From the human T2T-CHM13v2.0 reference genome, Homo sapiens, in assembly GCF_009914755.1 (NCBI RefSeq), contig NC_060935.1: a DNA stretch of 64,000 nt; one strand, given 5' to 3'. Position 1 is the stretch's first letter. Each line of letters starts with the position of its first letter. Both the position numbers and the translations under genes were made by a program. This document shows, piece by piece, positions 13,480-27,253 of the stretch. A model generated the notes under the pieces. It saw only the letters and a program-made list of their open reading frames with translations. It had not been told where the DNA came from and did no database searches.

Positions 13480-14800
13480 AGCAGAATAATAGGAAGGCAC
13501 AAAGGAAAATTTCTGAACTCAACCCTAGAGGAAAAGAGAAGCTTTCCTAAAGCTGCTAACAACTTAGCTGAGTTTTATTTCAATAGATGTGGAGGATTTA
13601 CATGCATTAAATCTGTGTAGTGTATTGAAGATATAAAAAATGGATTATGTGAAAGCATGGAGATGAGTCTGAGAATAACTTTGGAAGGAAATTCTATGCA
13701 ATATTTAATCTGACTGGAGCCAAAAGGATGAGGAGTTGAAAGAAAGAGCCAAAAATGGAGTTGATAAAAGAAAAAGCCAGATCTTAAGTACATTTTCTAT
13801 GCTGAAGATTTTAGAACTAGTCATATGGATGAAAAGAAATGGAAAAAAATATTTCCATTAGAAGAGAGACATGACCAGATTTAGGGTACGTACAGAAAGA
13901 TCACTCTGGACACATTATTATGCATGAACTTGGGTAAGGCAAGAGAGCAGAAATAGAAAGAATGGCGGCCGCAATAGCCAAGGTGAGAAGTGACGTGCAA
14001 CTGAACAAAGGCTGAGGCACTGAGGATGGGAAGAAGGTGAATCTTCCAGAAGTCATATAGACAGAACTTATTGACAGATTTGTTTTAAAGGAGAAAATAG
14101 GTGAGAAGCCCAGAGTGACCCCCGGTTTACTAGCTTGAGTAAATAAGTTGCATCACCAAGATGTAAAATACAGCTAAATGAGTAAGATTAGTGTGTACTG
14201 GGATATGTCAAGAACGAGGTGTTTATAATCGCCACACATAGATTTGTTTTCGGCTGTTTCAAACTGAAGAGTTTGAGAAAATTAGAAGGATCGTAGTTTA
14301 GGACATAAATTCAGAAAGCATTAGAACATAGCCTGTAGAGTTGGAATAGCACAAGGCTAAGATTGGAACCCTAGAAAATAGTAACATTGAAGGGGTGGAA
14401 AAAGAAAAGGGAGACATAAATGGAAGGGCTAGAAAGGTATAAAGAAAATCTTAAGAATAAGATGCCCCAGAAAAAACCAAGGGGAAAATTTCAAGAAGGG
14501 TTTTACTAACTTGTTAGTCAAGTAGAAGTTCAATAACATAAGGACAGTGAATATTCATTAAATATTATAATAAGGGTGTGTCATTGGTAACCTGGCCAAG
14601 AGAGATTCATTTGACTGGTAGCAACAGAAACCAGAATGAAGGGAGCTGGAGAACTAGTAAGTGAGGAAGTGTAGATGGGGAAAGTTGACTGTGTAGCTAA
14701 AGTCCATTTCAAACTTATAATAGAAGAAAAAGCAAGGCGGAAATGAAAGATACTGTGGTATGTTTATATGTTCAGGGAAAGAGTAAATATTCAGAAGGAA
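13480..14800 (-). mobile_element. Degraded L2, opposite orientation
   Basis: Purine-rich L2 antisense text (AGAAAGATCACTCTGG, GTCATTGGTAACCTGGC); approximate. Confidence 0.5.
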
Positions 14801-16776
14801 AGTAAGATAATTGAGGTAGCTACTTCACTGAGGAAGCCACTTCTACTATTAATAAATTTTATCTGTAAACCTTAGCATGTTGTTTTTGTACCTCTCTATC
14901 TCCCTCCACTCTGCTGTGAAATAGAGGGCAGATAAAGGGTACTTTTCCATTTGTACATACTACATTCTCTAACACCCCATAGATTCTTAATAAAAGCCCA
15001 CTGAAAAATATTTTGGCATTACTGGCCCTGGTGTTTAACATAGATAGAAAATTTTAAGGAGGAAGAATGAGAAAGGAGAATTAACCACAGTTTCAGTGGG
15101 CTGAGGGGCAGTTCTGATCAGTGTTGTAAAGGGTAGCCACAGGGGGGTTGTCTGGTGGACTAGAGGGAAGCGGGGCATGGCACAGAATACATGATGGAAC
15201 TCAGGGATCTATTTATGCCACTGCTCACAGGTGCCCCCCAAGATTCACCCACTTACTTGATGAAAAAGCCCTGTGCTAGGTTTCTGACTTAATGGGTCTT
15301 CTCCTTTTCCTAATATAAACATAAAATGATCCACTTGCTCCTAATGTTGGTAAGAATTGTTTTGAATTTCATCCTGTCAAAATCATTACCAATTTATCCA
15401 AACAGAAATCTCATCTTCCTATGTGAGTCTTCCCTCTGTTTGAACCTCATCCCCCAACATTCTATTTTACCATCCCTGAGGTACATCCCCCTTAATGCTC
15501 TGTCCTTTTCTAGCATTGTTTGACATAATCTTCATATCTCTTCATGCTCCTCAGATGACATTTGTGGATCAATCCTCCTATCTGCTTCCAGTCATCACAC
15601 ATTAGCCTTTTACTCATGAAGAGTCAAAGCTCTACTGCCTGAATGAGCCCAGGACACTTGCCTCCACCCATCCAGTGTTATCACCTAGGCTCTAACTCTG
15701 TTAAAGTCCATTTCTTCACTACTGAACATTGGAAAATGGGTGTGGACGAGTGAGAAAGTCTGGAACAGGAGGAAAAGAAAAGGGAACAGATTCCTAGATG
15801 TTCCAGCAAGTGGAAGTACGTATATAAACATAAGTCAATAATGTGGTCCATAGAGTAAAAACTAATTTATTGTTTCTAAAACTGGATTGGCAATATTAAC
15901 CAACATGAACCAAGTATCTAGTATGTACCAGACATTCTTCTGAGTATTTGATGTGTATTAATTTAATGTCAGAAGTACAATGCCAAGAGCAAAGTAGTTG
16001 AGAATCTTTCTCAATCCGGTTCCAATTAGTACATCTGGAGTGGACTATCCAATACAGGGCACTATGCATTAAAAAGTTTTTTGGCAAACTGAGACACAGT
16101 CATATAGTCACAGGATGATAAGAGGCATTGCTCTCTACTGAAGGAGGAGGGTCATTTTTACATTGTATGTGTGTGGCCTCCAGAAAACAAGAATATCAAT
16201 GATAACATTAACATTTATGAATGGCTATTAGGGGAAAAGGGCAAAATAAGGACCACTAGAGAGAAATCACAGAAAAAATGATCTTGATTAAATATGAAGA
16301 ATGTTCTAACAGTCTAAAGAAAGTTATATTTTTCTATTTTAAACTGCTCTTCTGAGACAGAATTCAGGGAAATATTGACCAGCTTCTTCATCAATACTTT
16401 CTTTGAACCCATGATCCAGGTGACCAGTGACATAATTGACCCAGCATGCCTGGCTCTGCTCTATCTCTATACCCTTTATCCCATTGTGGGATCTATAGAC
16501 CTTCTGTTCCTGGTCAGGCAAGATGAAGCCCAATCTTTCACTTGCACTACATACCCTACCCAAGTAAGAAAATCAAACCCTCTTATCTGAAGGCAGAAGG
16601 AAGAAATACAATCTACGAGGCTGTTTACTGAAGTGTTCAGGATCAAAATGCATCGAGTTGCCACACTTCCCACCTCTCTGCCTATAAGGAAAGGATCCCT
16701 GCCTGCCTCGTATCCTCCTGGTCACTCTTCCTATCTAGGTCCAATATAGCCTAGGCTCCCCTCCCTTGGCCCTGGG

Positions 16777-16782
16777 ACTTAC
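16777..16782 (-). other. Candidate splice donor of a 5' non-coding exon of OR56A1
   Basis: Minus strand reads CATCCTCT|GTAAGT, inside a block paralogous to 33370-33450 where the site is CATCCTCT|GTGAGT. Confidence 0.6.
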
Positions 16783-16961
16783 AGAGGATGCAAAAGAACG
16801 AGCTCTTAGTGTTGTAACTGCTGCAGGGGTGGCCATGCTAGGATTTTGGTGAATAAATCATGAGGGTTTTATGAACTCTTTACCCTCTCTTACCCGTCTT
16901 CTTAGACACAGTTGGGAAAACATGGCTTGGGAAGCAGAGACTTGGAGGAGGAGGAACTGTG

Positions 16962-16971
16962 TCCCTGGGGA
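16962..16971. promoter_or_regulatory. O/E (Olf1/EBF) site in the candidate OR56A1 promoter
   Basis: TCCCTGGGGA fits TCCCNNGGGA, about 180 bp upstream (minus-strand sense) of the candidate donor. Confidence 0.5.
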
Positions 16972-18056
16972 AACCCGTCTTATTGTGCTCCAACAGGTAG
17001 GAAGTGGGGGTGTGAGGGATGAAGTGGTTTGAAACTAAGATAATAAATTCTCTAGAACCCAGAATCCAGGAATCTGGTATGTAAGTCTGACACACAGACA
17101 TGGATGAAAATACAGAAAAAGAGATTATAGAGCAACTCCTTTATAATAACTCCAATGTTTTGAGTGCTTTCTGAGTGACCTAAATTACTGAAGTTTTATG
17201 TACTTTTTTCTCATTCAATCATCTCCCTTAGATATGAAAAAGCAACTCTTCAGGTTAGAAACTATTATCCCCACTGTGTAGGGGAGAGACAGAGAAAGCC
17301 TTGCCCCAAATCACATAGCCAGCCACATTTAAACCTCCTCTACCTGATCTAATGTCTGTTTTCTAAATGACTCCTCTCTAGTCTCCACTTACACTGATGA
17401 ATATGACTATACGTATTGCAATTCTAAACAAGATTTTAGAAAATCAAGTTCAGTAAACTATTAACTTTTCTAAACTAACAAATATATTTATCTCCTAAGG
17501 AATGTGAAAAGAGTTGAATACAGACAAATCTACCAACCTTGTTTATTATATTGAGGTTGTGGATAAGCATAGGAATAAAGTCATTCAATTTGAATGCAAA
17601 TTTGAATCCCAGCTCTGAAATTATGTACTAAGCTCTTCAAACTTTGACATTATATACAATGGTGATAAGACAAGCATGGCTCCTGCCTTCAACAAGATTT
17701 TATTCTAATTATGTGATTTTTAAAAGAAAATAGGTATCTCTAAATGTATTTGCATAATTCCTAAGATATATTGTTCAGCAGAGATGCGAGAAGAACAAAC
17801 AGAGCATAGAAAGCCACACAAAATTATGTTGTAATGCTGCACAAATGAACTCATAAGTGTATGTATCCATAGATACAAATACATCCAATACATGTAAATA
17901 TTTTTATACTCTATATATAAAAATACATAAGTATGTGTGTATATAGTCTCATATTCTTATGTATAATCAAGTTGCTTCTGGAAGGAGACACAAGTAATTT
18001 GTAATAATTGGCCCTGGGAAGGACAAATGTGTGCTTGAAAGACAGAAATAGAATAG

Positions 18057-18453
18057 TATATTAGAGATTGCTAACTGCTTACTCAATATTCCCTATTATT
18101 CCTTAGTAACAAACATCATGATTTTATTGGGGTACCCACATATACTGCAAAAATATGACACTTCCCAGACTCCAGATGTTAATTGATGTCATGTGGTGGA
18201 GCCTCCAAGAAGACTCTTTGATGTGAACTAACTCAGCTGAGAAATGAAGATTATATGCCCCACCATCTTCTGAACATAACAAAGCAGAAATAGATAAACT
18301 GGGGCATTGATGTCTTTGTGATGATCTGATTTTGGCTCTAGATGTCCACCCCTGAACTTCCTTTACACGAAGGAGAAGAAAATTCTAATTTGTTTAAGCC
18401 ACTGCTATTTGGGCTTTCTATTATGTGCAGTCAAAAATAATACTAACTGATAC
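18057..18453 (+). mobile_element. Old MaLR LTR (MLT1-like)
   Basis: CACTTCCCAGACTCC..GAAGAAAATTCTAATTTGTTTAAGCCACTGCTATTTGGGC..CTAACTGATACA. Confidence 0.65.
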
Positions 18454-19515
18454 AGAGAATGAATTACTTTTAATAAATAACATTTTTAGCTTTTAAAATT
18501 TGAACCATGTGCATATATTATGTATTTCTAAATTAAGTTTTAGATTTTACTATTTTGATGATAGAAATAAAATATAAAACACATAAATTCAGAAACCTTT
18601 GGTAATTATACAAAAGGACATATATGAAATCCTGATGCGGTGATCATTTCAGGTCAAGTGAGTCAAAAAGGCCTTAGCACAGAGAGATATGGAAACAAGA
18701 GCAGAAGCAGGGCAATCAGGGAAAGGCTGTCATTTAATCCAGGCAAGAGATGGCCTGAAGCAGGTTGGTGGCAGAGGAAATGAAAGGGAGTAGACAAATT
18801 TGGGGAGAACAGTCAAGCAGATATACTGGTGAAGAAGAAACGAAGAAATTAATGTAGAAATCAAATATGATTCTTCCGATTCCATCTTGGGAAACTTGGT
18901 GGATATGGGCCCATTTACCTTAATGACATCACACAGTAAGATTTCTGAATAGTGTTGAATTTACATCTGAAGTTTGTGATGATATATTTAATGTGAAACC
19001 AATAACTTTATTAAGGGATTTTTTTCTGACAAGTTTCAAACTCTCACAGAGGAGACAGGTATTTGTATTCAAACAGAATTTGGGTGTTTTCAAATAATAC
19101 AATGGAGGGAGCAAAAAAAAAAAGTTGGGCTATTTCTTCTCCAGGAGAGTCAGGCTATTTCCAGGAGAGTCAGTCATGAAATGGTGGGCCATACAATCTA
19201 AGCTAAGCAAGAAATAACTTCAAGACAAGAGAAGGATGAGTTGGTAGTCTTGACATTCAGCAATTGCAATTTTGCTAGGGATCCCTGAAAAATTGAGTCT
19301 GAAGTTAGAAAGTGTACAGTGTTTCAAATCTAAATTTTAGAGGGAACTACCCACAAAGATGAGATAAGTCAAAACTGGGAGTGTAAACAAGAAAGGTTAA
19401 GTTTTGGGTGCAGGCTGAACTAAGCGCACAAACATTTTCCAGTTTTATCAGCAATGGGACTCCCATTGCATTCTCATTTCATCCAATGACATTCTGATGA
19501 AAAATAAATGCATAC

Positions 19516-20553
19516 CACAGAAATGAAAATTGACAAATGGGACCTAATTAAACTTAAGAGCTTCTGGAAAGCAAAACAAACTATAAACAGGGTAAACAGA
19601 CAACCTACAGAATGGGAGAAAATATTTGCAAACTATGCATCAGACACAGGTCTAATATCCGGCATCTGTAAGGAACTTAAACAAATTAACAAGCATAAAA
19701 CAAAAACTCCATTAAAAAGTAGGCAAAGGACATGAACAGACACTATTCAAAAGAAAATGTGGCCAAAAAGCATGTGAAAAAAATGCTCAATATCACCAGT
19801 AATTAAAGAAATGCAAATAAAAACCACAATGAGATACCATCTCACACCCATCAGAATGGCTATTATTAAAAAGTCAAAAAATAACAAATGCTGGTAAAGT
19901 TGTGGAGAAAAAATGGAATGCTTATACACTACCAGTGGGAATGTAAATTAGTTCAGCCACTGTGGAAAGCAGTCTGGCAAATCCTCAAGGAACTTAAAGC
20001 AGAATTACCACTTGATTCGGCAATCCCATTACTGGGTATAGAGCCAAAGGAATATATATATAGTTTCACCATAAAGACACATGCATTTGTATGTTCATTG
20101 CAGCACTATTCACAAGAGCAAAGATACGGAATCAACCTAGATGAGCATAAGTGGTAGACTGGATAAAGGAAATATGGTACATACACACCATGGAATACTA
20201 CGCAGCCATAAAAAAACAAGTTCCCATCTTTTGTAGCAAGATGGAAGGAGCTGGAGGTCATTATCCTGAGCAAACTAATGCAGGAACAGAAAACCAAACA
20301 CCACATGTTCTCACTTATAAGCGGGAGCTAATTTGAGTACACGTGGACACAAATAAGGGAACCACAGACTCCAGGGCCTACTTGACAGCGGAGGTTGGGA
20401 CAAGGGTGAAGATCACTGAGCTACCTATTGGGTATAATGCTTATTATCTGGTTAACAAAATGATCTGTACACCAAGCCTCTGTGACATGTAATTTACCTA
20501 TATAACAAACCTGCACATGTACTCCTGAAACTAGAAGTTGAAAAAAAAAAAAG
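19516..20553 (+). mobile_element. 5'-truncated LINE-1 (L1PB/older L1PA) with poly(A) and degenerate TSD
   Basis: [30 protein letters not shown]; 3' UTR and poly(A) from 20541; TSD AAAAATAAATGCATAC (19500-19515) vs AAAAAGAAAAGCATAC (20554-20569). Confidence 0.92.
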
Positions 20554-21546
20554 AAAAAGAAAAGCATACAAATTAAGTAATTTATAATTATAGGAGGAAC
20601 TACATACAGTACAATTACTTAATTTAAGGCAAATCTGAGGGGAGTTTGGAAGTGGTTTAAACTTCAGCAAATAATATGTTCAGAAACAATTTTAGATCTG
20701 TTTTAATGCTTAGCCTATAGTATATCCCACTGACTTTAGACAAATTATTTTGTTAGGTAATAATTTATTTAATGTCTTTGTTGTCTCATCCGATCCACCT
20801 ATAGACATCAAAGCCTGGAAGATACCTGAACTAGAAAATGGGAAGAAAATTATTCTCCTGGTGGCTTTTGTAAATTCGTTTGTATTCGGTGTAATTGTCA
20901 CCTGCTGCTTCGGTGGAACTCCCTGTCCCTTTCTGTTGGGCAGAAGGAATGGGCCCATCCGTAATAGATACGGAGAGGAAAACAAAGTGATGACAACTCA
21001 GTGGGCAAGCAGGGCAAGAGCTGTTTCTGCAGAGAGCTTAGTAGCACAGCCCTATTCACTTTTGCTGGGATGTATGCGTCTGGGACATAATGGGGCTGTG
21101 CAGAGATAGCACTGGAACAGACTGATAACCAAAACTGAAATTTCAAAAGGGAGGCTACAATCGAGCCAATAAAAAGTGAAAGGGCTGCTTTATAATTCCC
21201 AGTTCTCCCATTCTTATTTTTTTCTGTTTTCCACAGGTTCCAAGCTGAAGAGTTTTAAATGTGTCCATGAATTCATTCAGTTCTTGCATTTGTTTACTTA
21301 TAAATACTGATGCATTGTTTACTTATAAATACTGATGCATTTCTCTCATCAATCCAATACTCATCCTTTGAACTACCACTCTGAACAATACAGCACAATC
21401 AATAATAATTTTTAATTTTTTCTCTGATTACAAAATAATATGTCAATATCCTAAAATGCAAATTATATAATATTGTATATCATTTAATATCCAACAAAAT
21501 CCCACCAATCTTCACTTAAATACTTTAAACATTATTTTAAAATAAT

Positions 21547-21686
21547 GGAGACTGACGATAAGACTCCAGTCTCCTCCACAGCTGGCTGTGTGAATTACTC
21601 ATTTCCTATTGCCATTGGCATTCCCCCGTCTTGATAAATCTGCTCTGTCTAGGCAGCGGGCAATGTGAACCCACTGGGTGGTTACA
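21547..21686 (+). mobile_element. 3' portion of an LTR8-family LTR
   Basis: ..GTCTTGATAAATCTGCTCTGTCTAGGCAGCGGGCAATGTGAACCCACTGGGTGGTTACA resembles the LTR8 terminus. Confidence 0.75.
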
Positions 21687-21690
21687 AATT

Positions 21691-21708
21691 TGGGGGCTTG
21701 TCTGGGAT
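21691..21708 (+). other. tRNA-Pro primer binding site (CpG-decayed)
   Basis: TGGGGGCTTGTCTGGGAT vs canonical TGGGGGCTCGTCCGGGAT (16/18), 4 nt after the LTR end. Confidence 0.85.
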
Positions 21709-22954
21709 AGTCCTTGTGACTACCTGCCCATGGTTCCATAGTCTCCCCTCTGGCAACAGATCTAGAGGCCAGCCCAAGCAGAGGCCAGCCCAAGCAGCCG
21801 CCTAGTTCTCCTGGACTAGAGGCTGACTCTGGTACCATCTCTGCCAGCAGGGCACTGCTGACCCAATGTGTATGGATTTAAATGCAGTGGAAAAATAGTC
21901 CTGGGGAGATTTCCCATAACTGTAGCCCTATCACAGGTTGTCTGACTGTAGCCCCATGGTGGGGTGTCTGTAGCCCCATTGCAGTGTGTCTGGGTTGGTG
22001 AGTATCCTAGGTGCTGCCAGTGCCTCCTTCCTTCTCCTGGTTCTGTAGCGCCATGGTGGCGTATCTGTCTGTAGCCCCATGGTGGGGTGTCTGTTTGTAG
22101 CTCCGCTACTGGGTGTCTGTCTCGGTTTGGCTCTTTCAGGGGTCTCGTTTTGTCTGTAGCCCCATTGCTGGATGTCTGTCTCAATTCAGAACCTGGGGGG
22201 TTTCGGTTGGCTCTCCCTAACTAGTAAAGTCTTGGTTTGGGAGACTTCTCCTTATTCAGGAAGGTTTTGGGGAGATTTCTTAAACAGAGAATAGCAGGAT
22301 AGTTTGGAAGGGATACGCTTGGAGTTCTTGGTTAGGGATCTGATTTGGAAGGCCTTCTGTCCGTCTTGTCTTTGTATATGTGTATATATGTGGAGGGGAC
22401 CTCAGAAGGACTTGCTGATGGAAGTTCAGCAGGCCTAACTCAGAAAACCCTCCTTATTGGTCTGGTCACATTTGTTGAGCCCTAAAGGAAGCTCAACAGG
22501 CCTGTCTCAGGGTGACTATTTGCTCTGTGCCTTGCCCAGAGACCACCCATTGTGAGTTACCATTCAGAGGTCATCCCTTCTCACTTGGAGTGGATCAAAG
22601 ACAACAGGGACCAAAAGGAGAAAGTTTGAGCTTTGCCAGGCTGATATTGGGTGCTGAATGAGGTGGCTAGTATCTGTTTTGTTATGTGTATTTTGCTGGA
22701 ATTGAAAATGTTAATTCATTTCCCCACGTAGCCCATTGGGCAACATCTTGCAAAATTGAGAATATTTTCTCCATGGCTTCATCAAACAGAATTTTCTTTT
22801 GTAAAGTGGCTTGACCCTCACAGCTATGGCACAGATAGCAGGGTCATCAAAAGCTGCTCCATTCTTCTGGAAGCTACAGAGAAAGGGAACCTGGAAACCT
22901 GGTATGCTGGCAAAAAGGGTAAGAAATTCTTACCAGCCAAGTTTCTCGTCTCAT

Positions 22955-23068
22955 TCTCTCTCTCTCTCTCTCCCTCTGTGTGTGTGTGTGTGTGTCTCTC
23001 TCTCTATCTCTCTCTGACTCTCTCTCTCTATTCTCTCTCTCTGACTCTGTGTGTGTGTGTGTGTGTGT
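22955..23068. repeat. Compound (CT)n/(GT)n microsatellite, two alternating blocks
   Basis: Directly visible. Confidence 0.95.
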
Positions 23069-24574
23069 ATAAATGGTAAACGTCACTATTTGTCTTCTCT
23101 GCAAGAGTTTGATTGATAGAAAAAAGGATTTGTGAGACTAGTCTTAGGCTGTAGCAAATCTGATGCACGTTGTGCTAAGAATTTTTCTTTCTGTAATGGA
23201 GACAGGGGTATCACAGGATAGAATGTGGGTTTGAGATCCGTATAACCCTGCTTTCAAGCCAGGCCAGCAGGCTAATCAGCTACAAACTTTGTTGCGTGTC
23301 CCTGAAACCAATACCAAATGAAATTTCGTCTTGTTTTGTGTCCTTAAGAGCTTAACCCTGGGACTGTGTGGGGATATTTTCTCTTGGTCTCCACCATCTA
23401 GAGGACAGAAACTTGGGGGTTCACATTATAGTTAGCCCTAAAAATTATCTTGAGCAGTTAAAAGCCTTTTCATGCTTGAAATTGGCTGCTCTAGGCTTCT
23501 GGAAAGAGCAATAGAAACTGCTCAATGCTGTGTAGCTCAGTAGCTGACGCTTTATCTTTTGACAATTGTGGCAAGGGTTCAATTCTTGGCTTCCGGAAGC
23601 ATTCCTTCCTGGTTTGTTATTTGTGTAACTTTGCCATTTATTGAGGGTTTTTTCGCCCATGGATAGCCTCTGATTTCCTGTCTTGAATTTTCCTTTCCCT
23701 GAACTACCCTTGGGGAGATTCTAAATCTTGTAAAAATAGAAACTACTTACCGTCTCTTTGAGATATCTTATGCATCCATAGTTAAGTTAACCTTAGTTAA
23801 AACTTATTAATTAATTTCATGTGGGAAATTACCTATGGCAGAATTCAAAAGCCAGAAATATTGGCTGTTCTAGCTAGAGTCTGGTAATAAAAGATTTAAA
23901 AGAATTTCTTTTTAGAAAAAAATAGCTCTATGGCTAAAATCAGCTTAATTAAAAACAGATATCCAAGTTAAATGTATTTAAGAGAGCTTTATCTTTTTCC
24001 TCTTCTGGAATCATGTTCTTCTGAAAGTTTTTTTCTTTTCAGTAGACTGAATTGTTTTTCTCCATTTTGTCTTCTTCCCACTCTTGATGCCCACATGAGA
24101 GAACCTAAGATAAATTCTAACAGCCTGGGACTCCTGGGGAAAAGCAGAGGAGGCACCACAGAAAAACCTAGGAAAAACCTCTGTTTTCGTCACAGAAGCC
24201 CAAGAATGGAAAGAGAATAGATCCCTCTCAAAATCTAAGACACTGTTCTGTTTTGCATTGTATTACCTGACAGTTTTGACTTTTGGGGGTATCAAAAATT
24301 ACTTTGTGTTATGGGAGAGGTTTTAGCCTTGGTGTGTAATAACTAGGTAGGAAATATACTTTAAGGGATGGCTAATGGCAGTTATGGAGAGATACTTGGC
24401 TCTTTACATGCCTGGATCAGAGAAGCTTGCCCTTGGCCACCTGGAAGATATGGAAACATACCCACCTCCTACTGAGAGGTGAGACTCTCAGGGGAATGGG
24501 CTGATTACACAATGGACTGATTGGCTTTGGGTTGCCTTGCAATGAAATGCATGGTGAAAACACTGCACAGTTTG

Positions 24575-24930
24575 AATTGTCATTATCCAGTTTTAGAGAC
24601 AAGGTTACTCTAGCTTCATAAAATAAGTTGGTAAAAATTTTCCATCTTTTTCTATTATCTTGAAGAATGCATGCATGATAGAGATGATCTATTTCTTAAA
24701 ATTTTAGAACTCACCTATAAACCCATAGTGTACTGAAGCTTTTGTTGGGAAAAGGTCTTTAATTAATATTTCAAATTTTTAATGGTTATTTATATATTTG
24801 AGTTTTATTATCTGAAGCTACTGGTGATTTTTAAATTTTTAGTTTTTCAAATTCATTGGCATAAAAGTTATTCAGAACATTATGCAGAATTTTGTTGTTT
24901 TCTTATATGTTTGACTCTGTTAGTTGTCTT
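24575..24930 (-). mobile_element. Old L1 (L1M) fragment, antisense
   Basis: T-rich strand with L1 antisense text (CTAGCTTCATAAAATAAGTTGG); approximate. Confidence 0.55.
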
Positions 24931-25572
24931 TTCAACACCCATTTCCGTCTCACTATCATCCCCTCTCCATTTCTTCCTTGATAGAAGATATCTAATTTAT
25001 TTCAGATATTTAGCCCTTCATGAAGTTCCCTCACATGCATATGCTAATCAGTACATTGCTGAACACTCAAGGGGGAATTTCTATAAATCTTTAGGATTCT
25101 CTTTCTATGGAGTTTTCTCTTCCTCAATACTCTGCCTTGTGAACTCTAGCTTCTTTGGACTCCCTTCCCCTTCTCCTCGACACAGAAAGATTGCCAGGCT
25201 GCAGCTGAGTTTGCCCTCTCTTTGACGTAGCATGGAATCTCTCCCTAACGAATTGAAACAATCACTTTCCAGTAAACAAGACTCACCTTTTTTGTTTCCT
25301 ATCTCTTGGGGATCACTGTCCTCCATTGCCTGATGTCCAGTGCCTTCAGAAACATTATTTCACATATTTTGTTCAGTCTTTTAGTTATTTCAAGTGACAG
25401 GGTAATCTAGCTCCTGTTACTTCATATTGACCAGCTAAAGTCCCTCTTGAGTATATAAAATCATGCTATACCAGCATATCAAAGCACAATTTAACTCTTA
25501 TCTCCTCACTGGGTTCATGGTTGGATTTGCGGCTGCATGAGCCTCATCCTTCTCCACAGTCAAGAGAGATCA

Positions 25573-25883
<311 letters not shown>

Positions 25884-26733
25884 TCACAGCTGAAGCTTTC
25901 ATATCTTAGAAGGACTATGCATCACAGTGAAAGAAAATATACGTCTGTAGGAACCTGAGGTCAGAATGATTTGGGGACTCCAAAATGTATCTAAAACATT
26001 TGATAAAAATAAATTTTAGCATAGGAAAAGGGCAGCAGCATCCAGAAATGGGAAATCAAGTGAAATGCAACTAATGCAGGACCTTCAGGATTAAGAATGG
26101 CATTTGAATGTTTTTAAGTAAAACGTCTACCCAAACTTTCTTTCTTGTGTGTGCAATCAGATGTGTGACCAGAATTAACGAGACTGTCTTAGGGAAGACC
26201 ATGTAACTATAAACCTTTTCTCAGGAAGCTAAGCAAGCACAACCTCCAAGTCAAAATTCCATAGAGTGAAAGCAAGGGCCAGCAAGGGCAACTGTCTTCT
26301 CACTGGGCTCATGGTTGGATTTCTGGCTGCATAAGCCTCATCCATCTCCACAGTTAGCAGAGATCTCTTCCCAGCTAAAGCTTTAGTTCATCTAATATTT
26401 GCAATTTTACATTCAAAAGATATTTCACAGAACAAAGAAGATCATATTTGATGGAAACAAGAGATTAAATTATAGTGGCCCTTACTTTCACCCTATGGAA
26501 TTTTGCAAATAAGAATTATCTCTGACTTCGTTTGGTTCTGGAGAGCCCAATCTCTGTCTTAGCCCATAAAAAAGGGAAGCTTATATCAATATTTCTTGAA
26601 TAACCAAAGAGTGAAGCTGACAAAACCCACAGAAGTGTCAGCATACAAACTTGAAAATGTAATCACCTTTCTCTTCCTCTCATCTACTCCACACATCCAA
26701 TTGATAACCAAGCTCTGCTCATCTTTTAAATAA

Positions 26734-27253
<520 letters not shown>

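Larger units (their letters stand above)
21687..24570 (+). mobile_element. Non-autonomous ERV1 internal region (HUERS-P1/MER4-group-like), no 3' LTR
   Basis: Follows LTR plus PBS-Pro; leader repeats TGTCTGTAGCCCCATGGTGGGG at ~21915-22180; no long retroviral ORF. Confidence 0.7.

Noticed and set aside
24782-25225. 147-aa hydrophobic ORF
   Set aside because: Phe/Leu/Ile bias comes from T-rich repeat-derived sequence; no recognisable motif.
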